Notes under the pieces: generated by a model
What the model was told of the DNA's origin: nothing
What the model saw: only the letters and a program-made list of their open reading frames with translations
The model's database searches: none
Shown here: one piece after another, positions 47,894 to 56,896 of the stretch
Layout: each line of letters starts with the position of its first letter
Position numbering within the stretch: position 1 is the first letter of the stretch
Origin: an uncultured Gammaproteobacteria bacterium
GTDB lineage: Bacteria > Patescibacteriota > Microgenomatia > UBA10105 > UBA927
DNA length: 64,000 nucleotides
Assembly (NCBI GenBank): GCA_964445435.1
Contig: CAYUKU010000001.1
Coordinates: 44,384-108,383, forward strand
Direction of reading: 5' to 3'
Made by a program: the position numbers and the translations under genes

Positions 47894-48287
47894 ACATGTA
47901 TTTTTACTGGTTCAAGCATGCCGACGCGGTTCCCTTCCGTATCCACAAACATCACAAACGCACCGATCCCCGGTATATCCATGGGATTTCCTTCGATACG
48001 TCCGCCTGATTTCTTTACGATTTCCATGTACCCCCTCAGGTTATCGACGGAAATCACAACATGAGGGATCGTTCCCTGCTCTCCATGCAGGAAAAATCCG
48101 CCGTTGATGGCGCCTTTTCTGTTGACATCCGGTTTTCATCTACGGGCGTCGTGCCTGCCAGAAGATAGTCTCCCATTTCCGGTCCCATCTGGGTCATCTG
48201 CCAGCCGAATACCTCTTCATAGAACTTCTTTGTGCGCGCTTTATCCTTTGCCGGCATTTCGAAATGGACAACAGGATTCATTTTCAT
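47890..48287 (-). pseudogene. VOC/glyoxalase-family gene with internal frameshift
   Basis: The N-terminal 60 aa (VHFEMPAKD...YLLAGTTPVDENR) and the C-terminal 75 aa (GAINGGFFLHGEQGTIPHVVISVDN...MLEPVKIHV) are both clear VOC halves but in different frames. The shift maps to the A-run region GAAAAC/GAAAAG around 48100-48125. Confidence 0.6.
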
Positions 48288-48383
48288 AGGACCTCCGATT
48301 TGTAATGTTTCTTACACACTTACTCTACCAGAGTACGCGTATTGCGCAAGCTTTTTTGCTTTATCCCGTATAATACGGCTGCG

Positions 48384-49154
48384 ATGCGTCGACTCGTATC
48401 AACGCTTTTTACGTTCGCCTTTTGCGGGACGCTGTTTCTGGCCGCTACTCCCCGCACATTTGCTGCAGTCGTTATCAACGAGATATTACCCAAGTCAGCT
48501 GACGTGAAACAAACCTGGATCGAACTCTACAACAACGGATCAGAGTCCGTATCCCTGGATCGCTGGCGATTGGAAAATGCAAACGGAACATCGTTTATCC
48601 TCAACGCAAGTGCGATTATCTCGCCCCGGGGATTTCTGACTTTTTTCCAAACACAGTCAGGAATCACATTCAACACCGAAGGAGACACAGTGAGGTTATT
48701 CGATGAGACAAATACCTTGAAAGACGCCCAAAGTTATCCTGGCATTCTCGGTTACAACACATCCATGGGCCGCAGTACTGATGGCGCCGAGGGTTGGGTT
48801 ACGTGCTCACCTGCTCCCGACTACTCGGCAACGCCAAACAAATCAAACGACTGCCCCCCGCCGCCTACGCCAACTGCGACAACCAGTCTTCTTCCGGCTA
48901 CATCATCGCCGACCAGTTCTCCCAAGCCCACAGCAACTCCCACAACTTCGACGATCGATTCCAGAAACGCATTTTCATCCCCCCAAGTTCCGGGAGAGGT
49001 CGCGCCTCTCTCTCCGTCTCCGACGCCCACCCCGCAACCGTTTTTGGAAAGTGATCTGTATGGGAAAATTTGGGCCGCCAGTCTCGTTTTCGGCGTAAGC
49101 GCGGGCGTCACCATCATGCTCTACGGGTTATATACAACGCGGAAACGCACATAA
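48384..49154 (+). CDS. secreted lamin-tail-domain (LTD) protein with Pro/Thr-rich linker and C-terminal TM anchor
   Basis: AVVINEILPKSADVKQTWIELYNNGSESVSLDRWRLENANGT LTD motif. PT-rich low-complexity region. Terminal hydrophobic helix + RKRT. Confidence 0.55.
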   Translation: MRRLVSTLFTFAFCGTLFLAATPRTFAAVVINEILPKSADVKQTWIELYNNGSESVSLDRWRLENANGTSFILNASAIISPRGFLTFFQTQSGITFNTEGDTVRLFDETNTLKDAQSYPGILGYNTSMGRSTDGAEGWVTCSPAPDYSATPNKSNDCPPPPTPTATTSLLPATSSPTSSPKPTATPTTSTIDSRNAFSSPQVPGEVAPLSPSPTPTPQPFLESDLYGKIWAASLVFGVSAGVTIMLYGLYTTRKRT

Positions 49155-49283
49155 TAGTTTATTTTGCGAATTAAGGCCACGGGAGATCCATTCTCAAACG
49201 GATCTCTTATCAAAAGCGATTATCTATTACCGTAACTTGGCGAGAGCATGCACTCCTCAACACCGTGTGCTATCCTTATACTT

Positions 49284-49715
49284 ATGGGAAAACAAAAGGG
49301 TATTGCCGCGATTGCCGTCGGATTGATTCTTCTTTTGGCCTTCATCATCTTCACGTCCCTTCGCGGAAACACTCCGCCGACGTCAGGCGTCAATCCCATC
49401 TATACCGTCCCAAACAGCAGCCCGGTAGGCACGTATACCGGTACCATCAAACGCGGGTCTGATATCACCGAGAAAACATATTGCTCCAACGGATATTACC
49501 TGGTGGCAGACGCCGGCACATACATCAAGGACCAGGCCATGATGATTCTTCTGAAAAATCCCGGAGACGAGCCTCAATCGATGTATGATGGGGTCGAGTT
49601 TGTGGGGAAGAAAGTGCGCATGACGGCAATGGAATCCAATAGACAAGCCTTCTGCGAAGCCCTCATTTGCAGCTGCGATGACTATCTTCTCGTCGACACC
49701 GTTACCCCCCTCTGA
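49284..49715 (+). CDS. membrane-anchored hypothetical protein
   Basis: N-terminal TM. No domain recognised. Confidence 0.35.
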   Translation: MGKQKGIAAIAVGLILLLAFIIFTSLRGNTPPTSGVNPIYTVPNSSPVGTYTGTIKRGSDITEKTYCSNGYYLVADAGTYIKDQAMMILLKNPGDEPQSMYDGVEFVGKKVRMTAMESNRQAFCEALICSCDDYLLVDTVTPL

Positions 49716-49745
49716 CAGAGGTATCCGATTTGCTATGATAAAGAA

Positions 49746-50975
49746 GTGAGTATCGCCCTATCGATATTTCTTCTATTAACCACAGTCGTTGCCGTAAGCC
49801 TATTCCTGCGGCAACGCACCCAGCTCATCCGGCACAAAAAGAAAATCTCAGAATTAGAGCTTCAGCTTACCAGTGCGACAGCCGACGCTGCCGCTACGCG
49901 AGCGCAGGCCATCAGCCAGGATGAATTCGTCCGTCTCTCAAGCCACGTGGTATCCCGCATGGACCAGGGCATTCTTTGTATCGACCAAAAGGGCATGGTG
50001 AGACTTGCAAATCCCTATGCAGAAAAACTGCTTGGCGGCACACCCCTAGTCGGAAAACCGTATACAGAAGTTCTCCATTCGCTGAAAATTGCAGGAACGA
50101 CTGATTTTTCCGCGTTTGAAGCAGCCATTGGAGGAAACGGATTTACACTTCCAGACAACATAGAACTCGCCACAGGACACGGGAACATTCCCCTGAGCGC
50201 TACGCTCGTGCCGCTTTTTTCCGATCTTTCCGGCACATTTACCCTATTTACTTTCGCCGACAACAGTAGGAACGTTGCCGGAATCGCAGAAGAAAAGGCT
50301 TTTTTCTCCGCCGCGGCACACGAGCTTCGGACCCCTCTTACCGTCATACGACTGGCTGTTTCTATCCTGCTTTCAAAAATCGATACGTTCGACAAAGCGG
50401 CGTTACTTGATCATCTTAATAAAATTAATATCTCCTCAGAACAGCTTCTGAATCTCATCAATGACCTTCTTAACGTATCGCGGATAGACCAGGGACGACT
50501 CATTGTTGAGAAGACTCCGTTTGACATCATTTCCCTCACCGATGAGGTCGTAAAAGAACTCACCGATCTGGCAAACACACGAAGGCTCTATATACATCAT
50601 GATCCGTCAACCAACGAGTATCGGACAGTCATCGGTGATAAAACGAAGGCAAAAGAAGTACTCACCAATCTTATAAGTAACGGCATCAAATACACTATTC
50701 AGGGAGGAATCACAATTACTCATGAGCAAAATGGGGGGTCCTTGGTCACCGTCGTTTCCGATACCGGAAGCGGTATTCCGGCAGGGTCAAAGAGCTTGCT
50801 CTTCAAGCGGTTTCTGCAGGTCGGAGAGGCGCGCCAGCAATCATCGGCAAAAGGAAGCGGTCTGGGACTCTATATATCCAAAAAATTTGCTCAGCTGATG
50901 GGCGGGGACGTGAAACTCGAGTCAAGCGAACCGGGGAAAGGATCGACGTTTGCCTTTCGTCTACCGCTGGGGTAA
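49746..50975 (+). CDS. sensor histidine kinase (TM + PAS-like + HisKA + HATPase_c)
   Basis: H-box FSAAAHELRTPLTVI. N-box LISNGIKYT. G-boxes DTGSGIP and GSGLGL. Confidence 0.8.
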   Translation: MSIALSIFLLLTTVVAVSLFLRQRTQLIRHKKKISELELQLTSATADAAATRAQAISQDEFVRLSSHVVSRMDQGILCIDQKGMVRLANPYAEKLLGGTPLVGKPYTEVLHSLKIAGTTDFSAFEAAIGGNGFTLPDNIELATGHGNIPLSATLVPLFSDLSGTFTLFTFADNSRNVAGIAEEKAFFSAAAHELRTPLTVIRLAVSILLSKIDTFDKAALLDHLNKINISSEQLLNLINDLLNVSRIDQGRLIVEKTPFDIISLTDEVVKELTDLANTRRLYIHHDPSTNEYRTVIGDKTKAKEVLTNLISNGIKYTIQGGITITHEQNGGSLVTVVSDTGSGIPAGSKSLLFKRFLQVGEARQQSSAKGSGLGLYISKKFAQLMGGDVKLESSEPGKGSTFAFRLPLG

Positions 50976-50981
50976 GGCATT

Positions 50982-51221
50982 TTGCAATCTAGTAAACTAG
51001 ATAAAGCATATCGAAGCGCTACCATAGAAATACTTATCGACGTGATCCGCACGCACCCGTTCATCATGCTTCACGGAAAAATGTACGAGAATAAGTATTT
51101 CTATACCGCGCCGGAATATAGCGCCGGACTCCTCAACCGATTCAAGGCCGAGGATTATGACGTCATTCTTTCCATTATCGAAGAAGACAAACCGGAGGCC
51201 ATCGGAAAAATTTCACATTAA
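50982..51221 (+). CDS. small hypothetical protein
   Basis: 79-aa ORF just downstream of the kinase. No receiver-domain motifs. Confidence 0.3.
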   Translation: MQSSKLDKAYRSATIEILIDVIRTHPFIMLHGKMYENKYFYTAPEYSAGLLNRFKAEDYDVILSIIEEDKPEAIGKISH

Positions 51222-51280
51222 ACCTGTGCGGCACACACGAACTGCCCTGTAGATTCCGTACGTCGGAACTCTATTTTTCA

Positions 51281-51613
51281 TTAACGGAAAACTCCGAGGA
51301 ATAGGAGCGCAAAAACAAACACAGTGATACCTGCAAAAGCGGCAACGGTCTGCAGGAAAAGGTTCGCCCCTTGTTTTTTATGACCATCCAGAAGAAACTG
51401 AAGCGGCTGGTAGACGAAAAGATACCCCATGACGGCAGCAGACAAGGTAAAAAGGGAAATCATCGCAACCGGTATTGCCATTGTTTTTTCCGAGTTAAGC
51501 AGCCTGGAACCATAAAACATAAACCACGCGACCGCCGTTATATATAAAGAGGCAGCAACCGCATTGACAAGAGGATTCTTGGTCATAGCTTCTTGAGTAT
51601 AGCACGTTCCCAA
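51281..51613 (-). CDS. small integral membrane protein
   Basis: Three hydrophobic helices. Confidence 0.4.
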   Translation of the reverse strand: MGTCYTQEAMTKNPLVNAVAASLYITAVAWFMFYGSRLLNSEKTMAIPVAMISLFTLSAAVMGYLFVYQPLQFLLDGHKKQGANLFLQTVAAFAGITVFVFALLFLGVFR

Positions 51614-51683
51614 GAAAGCATTTACAAATATGCGGTGAGATCTTATTGTTAGATAAGATACATTTACAAAGGAGGTGAACAGT

Positions 51684-51893
51684 ATGCAGAATATGTCAGG
51701 TGCGGTTGATCATCTCAAAAATCATGTCGGTAAATGGCCAGCGACCAAAGCGGAGCTTGTCGCAGCATGTAATAATCTTTCCGACTTCACGCCGGAAGAC
51801 AAGGCGGAATTTGAATCCAAACTTCCTGAGGGAACCTACAACACCCCCGGAGGACGTGATGAAGGCGCTTGGGTGGTCATAAATTTGGTATGA
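51684..51893 (+). CDS. DUF2795-like small protein
   Basis: AAAGGAGGTG SD 6 nt upstream. HLKNHVGKWPATKAELVAAC resembles DUF2795. Confidence 0.4.
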   Translation: MQNMSGAVDHLKNHVGKWPATKAELVAACNNLSDFTPEDKAEFESKLPEGTYNTPGGRDEGAWVVINLV

Positions 51894-51953
51894 AAAGCTC
51901 CTCGATTCTTGGTATTACAATGCCGACGGGGAGCTTTTTGTTGGTTAAATTCC

Positions 51954-52385
51954 TTATCTCACTGCTTTTTTGACAAGATCGGCGATTTTCTTCTCTTCTG
52001 TATCGGTCAGTTTTTTCAAGGCATAGGAAACCGGCCACATGTTGTCTTCGTCGAGATTAGCCGCGTCCTGGAATCCCAACGTAGAATACCGATATTTGAA
52101 TTTACTCGCGTTTTGGAAAAAACAGACCACCTTACCGTTTTTGTCTGCATACGCAGGCATGCCGTACCAGGTTTTGGGTGTGAGGGATGGGGCGCTTTTC
52201 CTGATGACATCGTGAAGTCGTTTGGCCATGGAGCGATCCGGTTCCGGCATCTGTGCGATCTTCGCAAGTACGGCTGCTTCCCCATTTGCCTTGCCAGAGC
52301 GCATTTCCTGATACCGCTCCTTCATTGCCTCCCGCTCCTCATCAGAGAAACCTTTAGCTTTCGTGTTTGATTTCGCGTTTGTCAT
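51954..52385 (-). CDS. DUF1801-like protein (second copy)
   Basis: [19 protein letters not shown] pattern. Confidence 0.4.
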   Translation of the reverse strand: MTNAKSNTKAKGFSDEEREAMKERYQEMRSGKANGEAAVLAKIAQMPEPDRSMAKRLHDVIRKSAPSLTPKTWYGMPAYADKNGKVVCFFQNASKFKYRYSTLGFQDAANLDEDNMWPVSYALKKLTDTEEKKIADLVKKAVR

Positions 52386-52398
52386 GATCGTTAATGTA

Positions 52399-53013
52399 TC
52401 ACGAATGAGAACTTAACGAAAACGAGCCGGTTGCAACTCTTCCAGCGCGCCTATAGTTTGCGAAGATTACTCCGCTTGGAGAAGTTGTGGCATCTAATAA
52501 TGTAAAGGCTGCGGGAATAGCTCCCTCGCCGAATAATCGTTTCCCTTTTCCGAGCGTTATCGGGAAAATCTTTAACCAGAGCTCATCAACTAAGTCATGT
52601 TTGAGAAGCGTTTGAAGCAAATTCCCGCTGCCGTACACGTGTAAATTAGGACCGTTTTCGGCTTTCAGTTTCTTTAATCTTTCGACTACGTTATTATGTA
52701 TAACCACCGAGTTATTCCATGTAGTTTTTTTGAGCGTGTGTGAAACGACATACTTTGTGGCATCGTTGACTCCCGGCCAATTGTCTTCGTGTTGCGGCCA
52801 ATACGAAGCAAAAATTTCAAACGTTTTCCTGCCCAGAAGCAGACTGAACGGCTGCTTCATCTGCTTAGCCATCATTTTTCCTGAATAATCATCGAAATAT
52901 GGGACCGTCCATCCGCCATATGTAAAGTTACCGGATCTATCTTCTCCCGGCCCACCCGGAGCTTGCAAAATACCATCAAGCGTTACAAATTCAAGCGCAA
53001 TTATTTTCCTCAT
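52399..53013 (-). CDS. RibD C-terminal domain / dihydrofolate-reductase-like protein
   Basis: [26 protein letters not shown]-terminus typical of the RibD_C/YwjB family. Confidence 0.75.
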   Translation of the reverse strand: MRKIIALEFVTLDGILQAPGGPGEDRSGNFTYGGWTVPYFDDYSGKMMAKQMKQPFSLLLGRKTFEIFASYWPQHEDNWPGVNDATKYVVSHTLKKTTWNNSVVIHNNVVERLKKLKAENGPNLHVYGSGNLLQTLLKHDLVDELWLKIFPITLGKGKRLFGEGAIPAAFTLLDATTSPSGVIFANYRRAGRVATGSFSLSSHS

Positions 53014-53064
53014 AAGGCTGGATGTGATTGTCGTCTCCGTTTCAGTGAAGCTGAAAATACTTTT

Positions 53065-53565
53065 TTATTCGCCGGCTTTTTTCATTGCTTCAAGGTCAAG
53101 TTTCTTCATTGGCAGAAAAGCGGCGGTTACCGCCTCAACCTTTTGCGGGTCGCGCATATACTCACCCAAAATCCTTGGAACTATTTGCCATGTGACGCCA
53201 AAGCGGTCTTGACACCATCCGCATTGTTCAGCTTCAGGAACAGCTGAAAGCTTTTCCCAGAAGAAGTCAATTTCTTCCTGCGTTTCGCACTCAACTATGA
53301 AGGATGTCGAGCCATTCAGCTTGAATTGCTCAAGAGGGCCACCGTTCAGAAACATAAAACTGGTGCCATCCAGCTCGCATTCAGCTGTTAACACCGACCC
53401 GGCGGGCCTGCCGGAAACGTCTTCTGATGCCTTCGGTGATTTGGTAACATCTCTCATGGTTCCTCTGTGATCACCTGGCGCGGCATTGAACGTATCTGTG
53501 TAGTACTGCGCTGCCTCTTCCCCGTTATTCTTGGCAAACCAGAGACATGTAATGAGTTTACTCAT
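53065..53565 (-). CDS. VOC-family protein (PhnB / 3-demethylubiquinone-9 3-methyltransferase-like)
   Basis: KLITCLWFAKNNGEEAAQYYTDTF...GWCQDRFGVTWQIVP. Confidence 0.7.
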   Translation of the reverse strand: MSKLITCLWFAKNNGEEAAQYYTDTFNAAPGDHRGTMRDVTKSPKASEDVSGRPAGSVLTAECELDGTSFMFLNGGPLEQFKLNGSTSFIVECETQEEIDFFWEKLSAVPEAEQCGWCQDRFGVTWQIVPRILGEYMRDPQKVEAVTAAFLPMKKLDLEAMKKAGE

Positions 53566-53566
53566 A

Positions 53567-53995
53567 TTATTTACTGGAAGAATATTCAATGATCCATTCA
53601 ATACCGTATTTATCTCGAAACATACCCGCGTAGGAGCCCCATGGGCTGTCCCCCATGGGCCCTTCTACATCTCCTCCGGCTGAAAGGCCCAGAAATAATC
53701 TGTCCGCCTCTTCTTTGCTTTCTACGCGTACCAAAATTTTGCTTCGATTTTCTTTCTCATTTACTCGCCCCAAAACCTCCGGCACGTCATTGGCTATAAG
53801 CATGGTAGTGGCACCGATGGGTAAAGCGATATACATTATTTTGTTTTCCTCTTTTTCTGCTACGGGGAATTCAGCGCTCGCGATATCTTTAAAGCGCACC
53901 ACTTTCGCAAACTCGCCACCAAAAACGGATTTATAAAAGGTAAACGCCTCTTCTGCGTTTCCGTTGAAGTTGATCCAGGGGTGTAATGCGGCCAT
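53567..53995 (-). CDS. VOC/glyoxalase-family protein (PhnB-like)
   Basis: HPWINFNGNAEEAFTFYKSVFGGEF...FRDKYGIEWIIEY. Confidence 0.65.
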   Translation of the reverse strand: MAALHPWINFNGNAEEAFTFYKSVFGGEFAKVVRFKDIASAEFPVAEKEENKIMYIALPIGATTMLIANDVPEVLGRVNEKENRSKILVRVESKEEADRLFLGLSAGGDVEGPMGDSPWGSYAGMFRDKYGIEWIIEYSSSK

Positions 53996-54158
53996 ACTGT
54001 AATCTATATCACACTAAAGCAAGTAAATAAAACAGTTTTGTCCGAGAAACGGGAATTTTCCGACACATTGACTAGTGACTTACCTAGAATATCCAGAATT
54101 TACCACCAAAGAAATTAATCGATTTCTCAACTTTTAGTCAAAGCAAGATGCCAATCAT

Positions 54159-54486
54159 TATTGATTTTCATAGACTTTCTTACCGGCTTCTGTGATCAGT
54201 CCGAGTCTCAGTAATTCAGCATATCTTTTTTGTTCATCGCTGACCACTGACTGTTCTTTTTTCTGGGAGTAAACCGCACCATATAGGTTTCTTTATCAAT
54301 GCCTTTTTCCATGCTGTCTATCCAACCAAAGCACAAAGCCTCATCCAGTAGATTTTGAAAAGTGACAGTCTGCTTCCCGCTGGACTTCTTGTGTAAAGTT
54401 ACCCAAATCTCTTTTTCATTCTGGTGATACTATCGTAGCCAATGACGCCACTCGACTTGAGCTTGAGGGGAAATAGTGTTTGTCAT
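54159..54486 (-). pseudogene. YdeI/OmpD-associated-family gene remnant (at least 2 frameshifts)
   Basis: Minus-strand translation gives MTNTISPQAQVEWRHWLR* / QNEKEIWVTLHKKSSGKQTVTFQNLLDEALCFGWIDSMEKGIDKETYMVRFTPRKKNSQWSAMNKKDMLNY* / LRLGLITEAGKKVYENQ* in three different frames. No ORF of 60 aa or more in the track. Confidence 0.6.
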
Positions 54487-54543
54487 ATCATTAGTTTAAT
54501 GGGAAATTGCCCTTTTGCCTAATTTGCTTCATTCGAAAAATGG

Positions 54544-55013
54544 ATGAAAAATCTGTCAAAACTTGTTATTTCTATTGTTGGTTGTGAAGTAGTAGGAATT
54601 CTGGGGAGCGTATTTACGGTTTCCTCAATTTCCTCTTGGTACGCCACTTTAAATAAGCCCTTCTTTGCGCCACCGAACTGGATATTTGGGCCTGTTTGGA
54701 CACTCCTATATTTTCTAATGGGCGTAGCGTTTTATCTGATCTGGAAACAAGGTTGGAAGAAGAAAAAAGTTGCTACCGCCGGCAAATACTTTTTCGCACA
54801 ATTAGGGCTCAACTTTATCTGATCACCCGTTTTCTTTGGCTTACGATCGCCGCTATTGGCTCTATGTGTTATTATCGTCCTGTTGGCGCTGATCGTGATG
54901 ACAATCAAAAAATTTTATCCCCTGTCCAGATGGGCAGCCTACCTGCTTGTCCCATATCTTTTCTGGGTGAGCTTTGCTTCCGCACTGAACGCTGCCATCG
55001 CTATTCTTAATTG
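54544..55013 (+). pseudogene. tspO: TspO/MBR (tryptophan-rich sensory protein) gene interrupted by a single in-frame TGA at a conserved Trp position
   Basis: WYATLNKPFFAPPNWIFGPVWTLLY...LNFI-TGA-SPVFFGLRSP...AAYLLVPYLFWVSFASALNAAI is a full TspO in one frame. The TGA at 54820-54822 aligns with the conserved W of the LNxxWxPxFF motif. Confidence 0.65.
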
Positions 55014-55109
55014 ATCTTTGGCTCCACCTCATAGATATGTTCCGTAACCGCGTGATTGAGATAAGCATACCACTCGTCAATCTCAAAACACTGTTTGAAA
55101 CGTTTCACA

Positions 55110-55721
55110 TCACACCTGCGTTCGCTTGACCATGATGGTTGGAACACGAATAGTAAAACCACTTTCTTCCGGACTAATGTATATGGTTTCATATTTTTCC
55201 TGCAATTTCTCCCGAAGCTTTTCCAGATATACGTCTTTTTTTAGTTTTCTGCCTCCCGTCTGGTGTGCCCAAAAAAGAGCCATAGCATCGCTCCCGTCAC
55301 CTGCTTGTATCGTAAACGGCAGATGTATTTTTTGCGCGTATGCTTCTATCTCATGGATAAATGCCTGAACACTTTGGTTTTTCGCATGAAACAGTCTGTC
55401 CCTGTACATGAGTGAGAATGGATAATATCTCGTTATAAAACTCCAAAATCGGTCGTGGATAGTCATGATGACCAGAACAATTATTACCCGTATGCCTTTG
55501 TTAAAGTCCGAACGTCTTATTTCAACATTTCTTGGCACATGGACGAGCTTGTAAATATACCGAGCAAATGGTTTTGGCAAAAATAGGATAAGATATACAC
55601 CGAAAAGAAGGAGAAACAGAAAAAATAATCCTATCGTAATATGAAGTAATTCAAGGAATTTGAGAAACAGAAAAAACGCTACTACTGAACCCAAAACTAT
55701 ATACTGTGTTTTTACGCTCAT
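55110..55721 (-). CDS. membrane protein, unknown function
   Basis: Two N-terminal TM helices plus a soluble C-terminal domain. Confidence 0.4.
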   Translation of the reverse strand: MSVKTQYIVLGSVVAFFLFLKFLELLHITIGLFFLFLLLFGVYLILFLPKPFARYIYKLVHVPRNVEIRRSDFNKGIRVIIVLVIMTIHDRFWSFITRYYPFSLMYRDRLFHAKNQSVQAFIHEIEAYAQKIHLPFTIQAGDGSDAMALFWAHQTGGRKLKKDVYLEKLREKLQEKYETIYISPEESGFTIRVPTIMVKRTQV

Positions 55722-55992
55722 ACATCAGTTAACTTGTAATTCCCTTACCCGTATTTTTTTCACGTCGCCTATAATGGTGTTTTCATCATACTCCTGTGGA
55801 CGAACATTGATAATAAGACCGATATTTTCTGGCTCATGAAATAGCTCTTCTGCGTATCTAAATCTATGGCCAAATGCCGTTGAAAGAGATACGGGCTTAC
55901 CTGATTGTTAACCACCTTTAACCACCTTGGAGGTGAAATATTAGGTAGCCTATTAAGACAAAGTCAATCAGGTACTAAACCAAAGACAAAAC

Positions 55993-56148
55993 TTAAACCT
56001 TAACCTTAATAAGATCCCTAATACGACGTTCAACCACGCTCTTATACAAATATTGATACGCAGTCACTACATTTTCCATAAGTTGTTCTTTTTGTTCAGA
56101 AGTAGCCGTATCAAGATTTGTTGTAACACTAATTTTCCGTTTACTTCT
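55993..56148 (-). CDS. small ORF (about 52 aa) translationally coupled to the upstream nuclease gene
   Basis: MRSKRKISVTTNLDTATSEQKEQLMENVVTAYQYLYKSVVERRIRDLIKVKV. Its start overlaps the nuclease stop by 8 nt. Confidence 0.3.
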   Translation of the reverse strand, partial: RSKRKISVTTNLDTATSEQKEQLMENVVTAYQYLYKSVVERRIRDLIKVKV

Positions 56149-56896
56149 CATATTGCCTAACAGCACTGCGATATTTACAGAAGTCACAGTCTTCCCCTGA
56201 TTCAGGTATGCCGTCACTTTTCAAACATTCAATGGCTTTGAGAATAGTTCCCTCAACCCAATCTGTATTGCCTTTATAGGGAATGAGTTTGATATCAAAT
56301 TCCAATTTGGCGTCAAAGGCCTCTTTGTCGGTATTGCCATTGCAGTAGACGAAATAGCCAGTATCAGACACTTTGAAGCCGTTTTCTCTAAATAGCCATT
56401 GGTATATTTCCATCTGACGTTTGTATCCATCCTGCCACTCGGCATCTAGGGTTACTTCTTCATCTTTGGATGTAGCCTTGTAGTCAACCACGATATATTC
56501 TCTCGATGGCGTCACCCACATATCATCCACACCACCCGTGATAACAACGTTCGTGTTATCCACTCGGACAGTTATACCGCCCCGTAGTGAATCCCGCCAT
56601 TCGTCGATCTTTTCGTGGGCTAGTGGTATAGCGTCGATGCCGTACTTCTCCATTAATGGATGTCTGGTGCCTTTGGCCCGATGAATATCAAACTCTTTTT
56701 TCAGGAGTTTATCGACGGCAGAGTTAAGGGAAAAAGGGTATCCAGGCGGTTGGGCCACACCAAGTCTACGATCCAGATAAAAACAACGGGGACATGTAAT
56801 AAAATTGTTAATTTTTCCACGACTCAAACGAAACAACTCACTAGAGTTTGGATCGTAAATATTTCTTGTTCGGTTTGGATTGTAATACTGGCTCAT
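56141..56896 (-). CDS. Cas4/RecB-like PD-(D/E)xK nuclease with Cys cluster
   Basis: N-terminal CPRCFY and C-terminal C-x12-CDFC cysteines. Core D...VVDYKATSK (D-x-K) nuclease motif. Confidence 0.55.
   Translation of the reverse strand: MSQYYNPNRTRNIYDPNSSELFRLSRGKINNFITCPRCFYLDRRLGVAQPPGYPFSLNSAVDKLLKKEFDIHRAKGTRHPLMEKYGIDAIPLAHEKIDEWRDSLRGGITVRVDNTNVVITGGVDDMWVTPSREYIVVDYKATSKDEEVTLDAEWQDGYKRQMEIYQWLFRENGFKVSDTGYFVYCNGNTDKEAFDAKLEFDIKLIPYKGNTDWVEGTILKAIECLKSDGIPESGEDCDFCKYRSAVRQYEK

Noticed and set aside
50982-51221. 79-aa ORF after the histidine kinase as a response regulator
   Set aside because: It is too short and lacks the D-D-K receiver residues.
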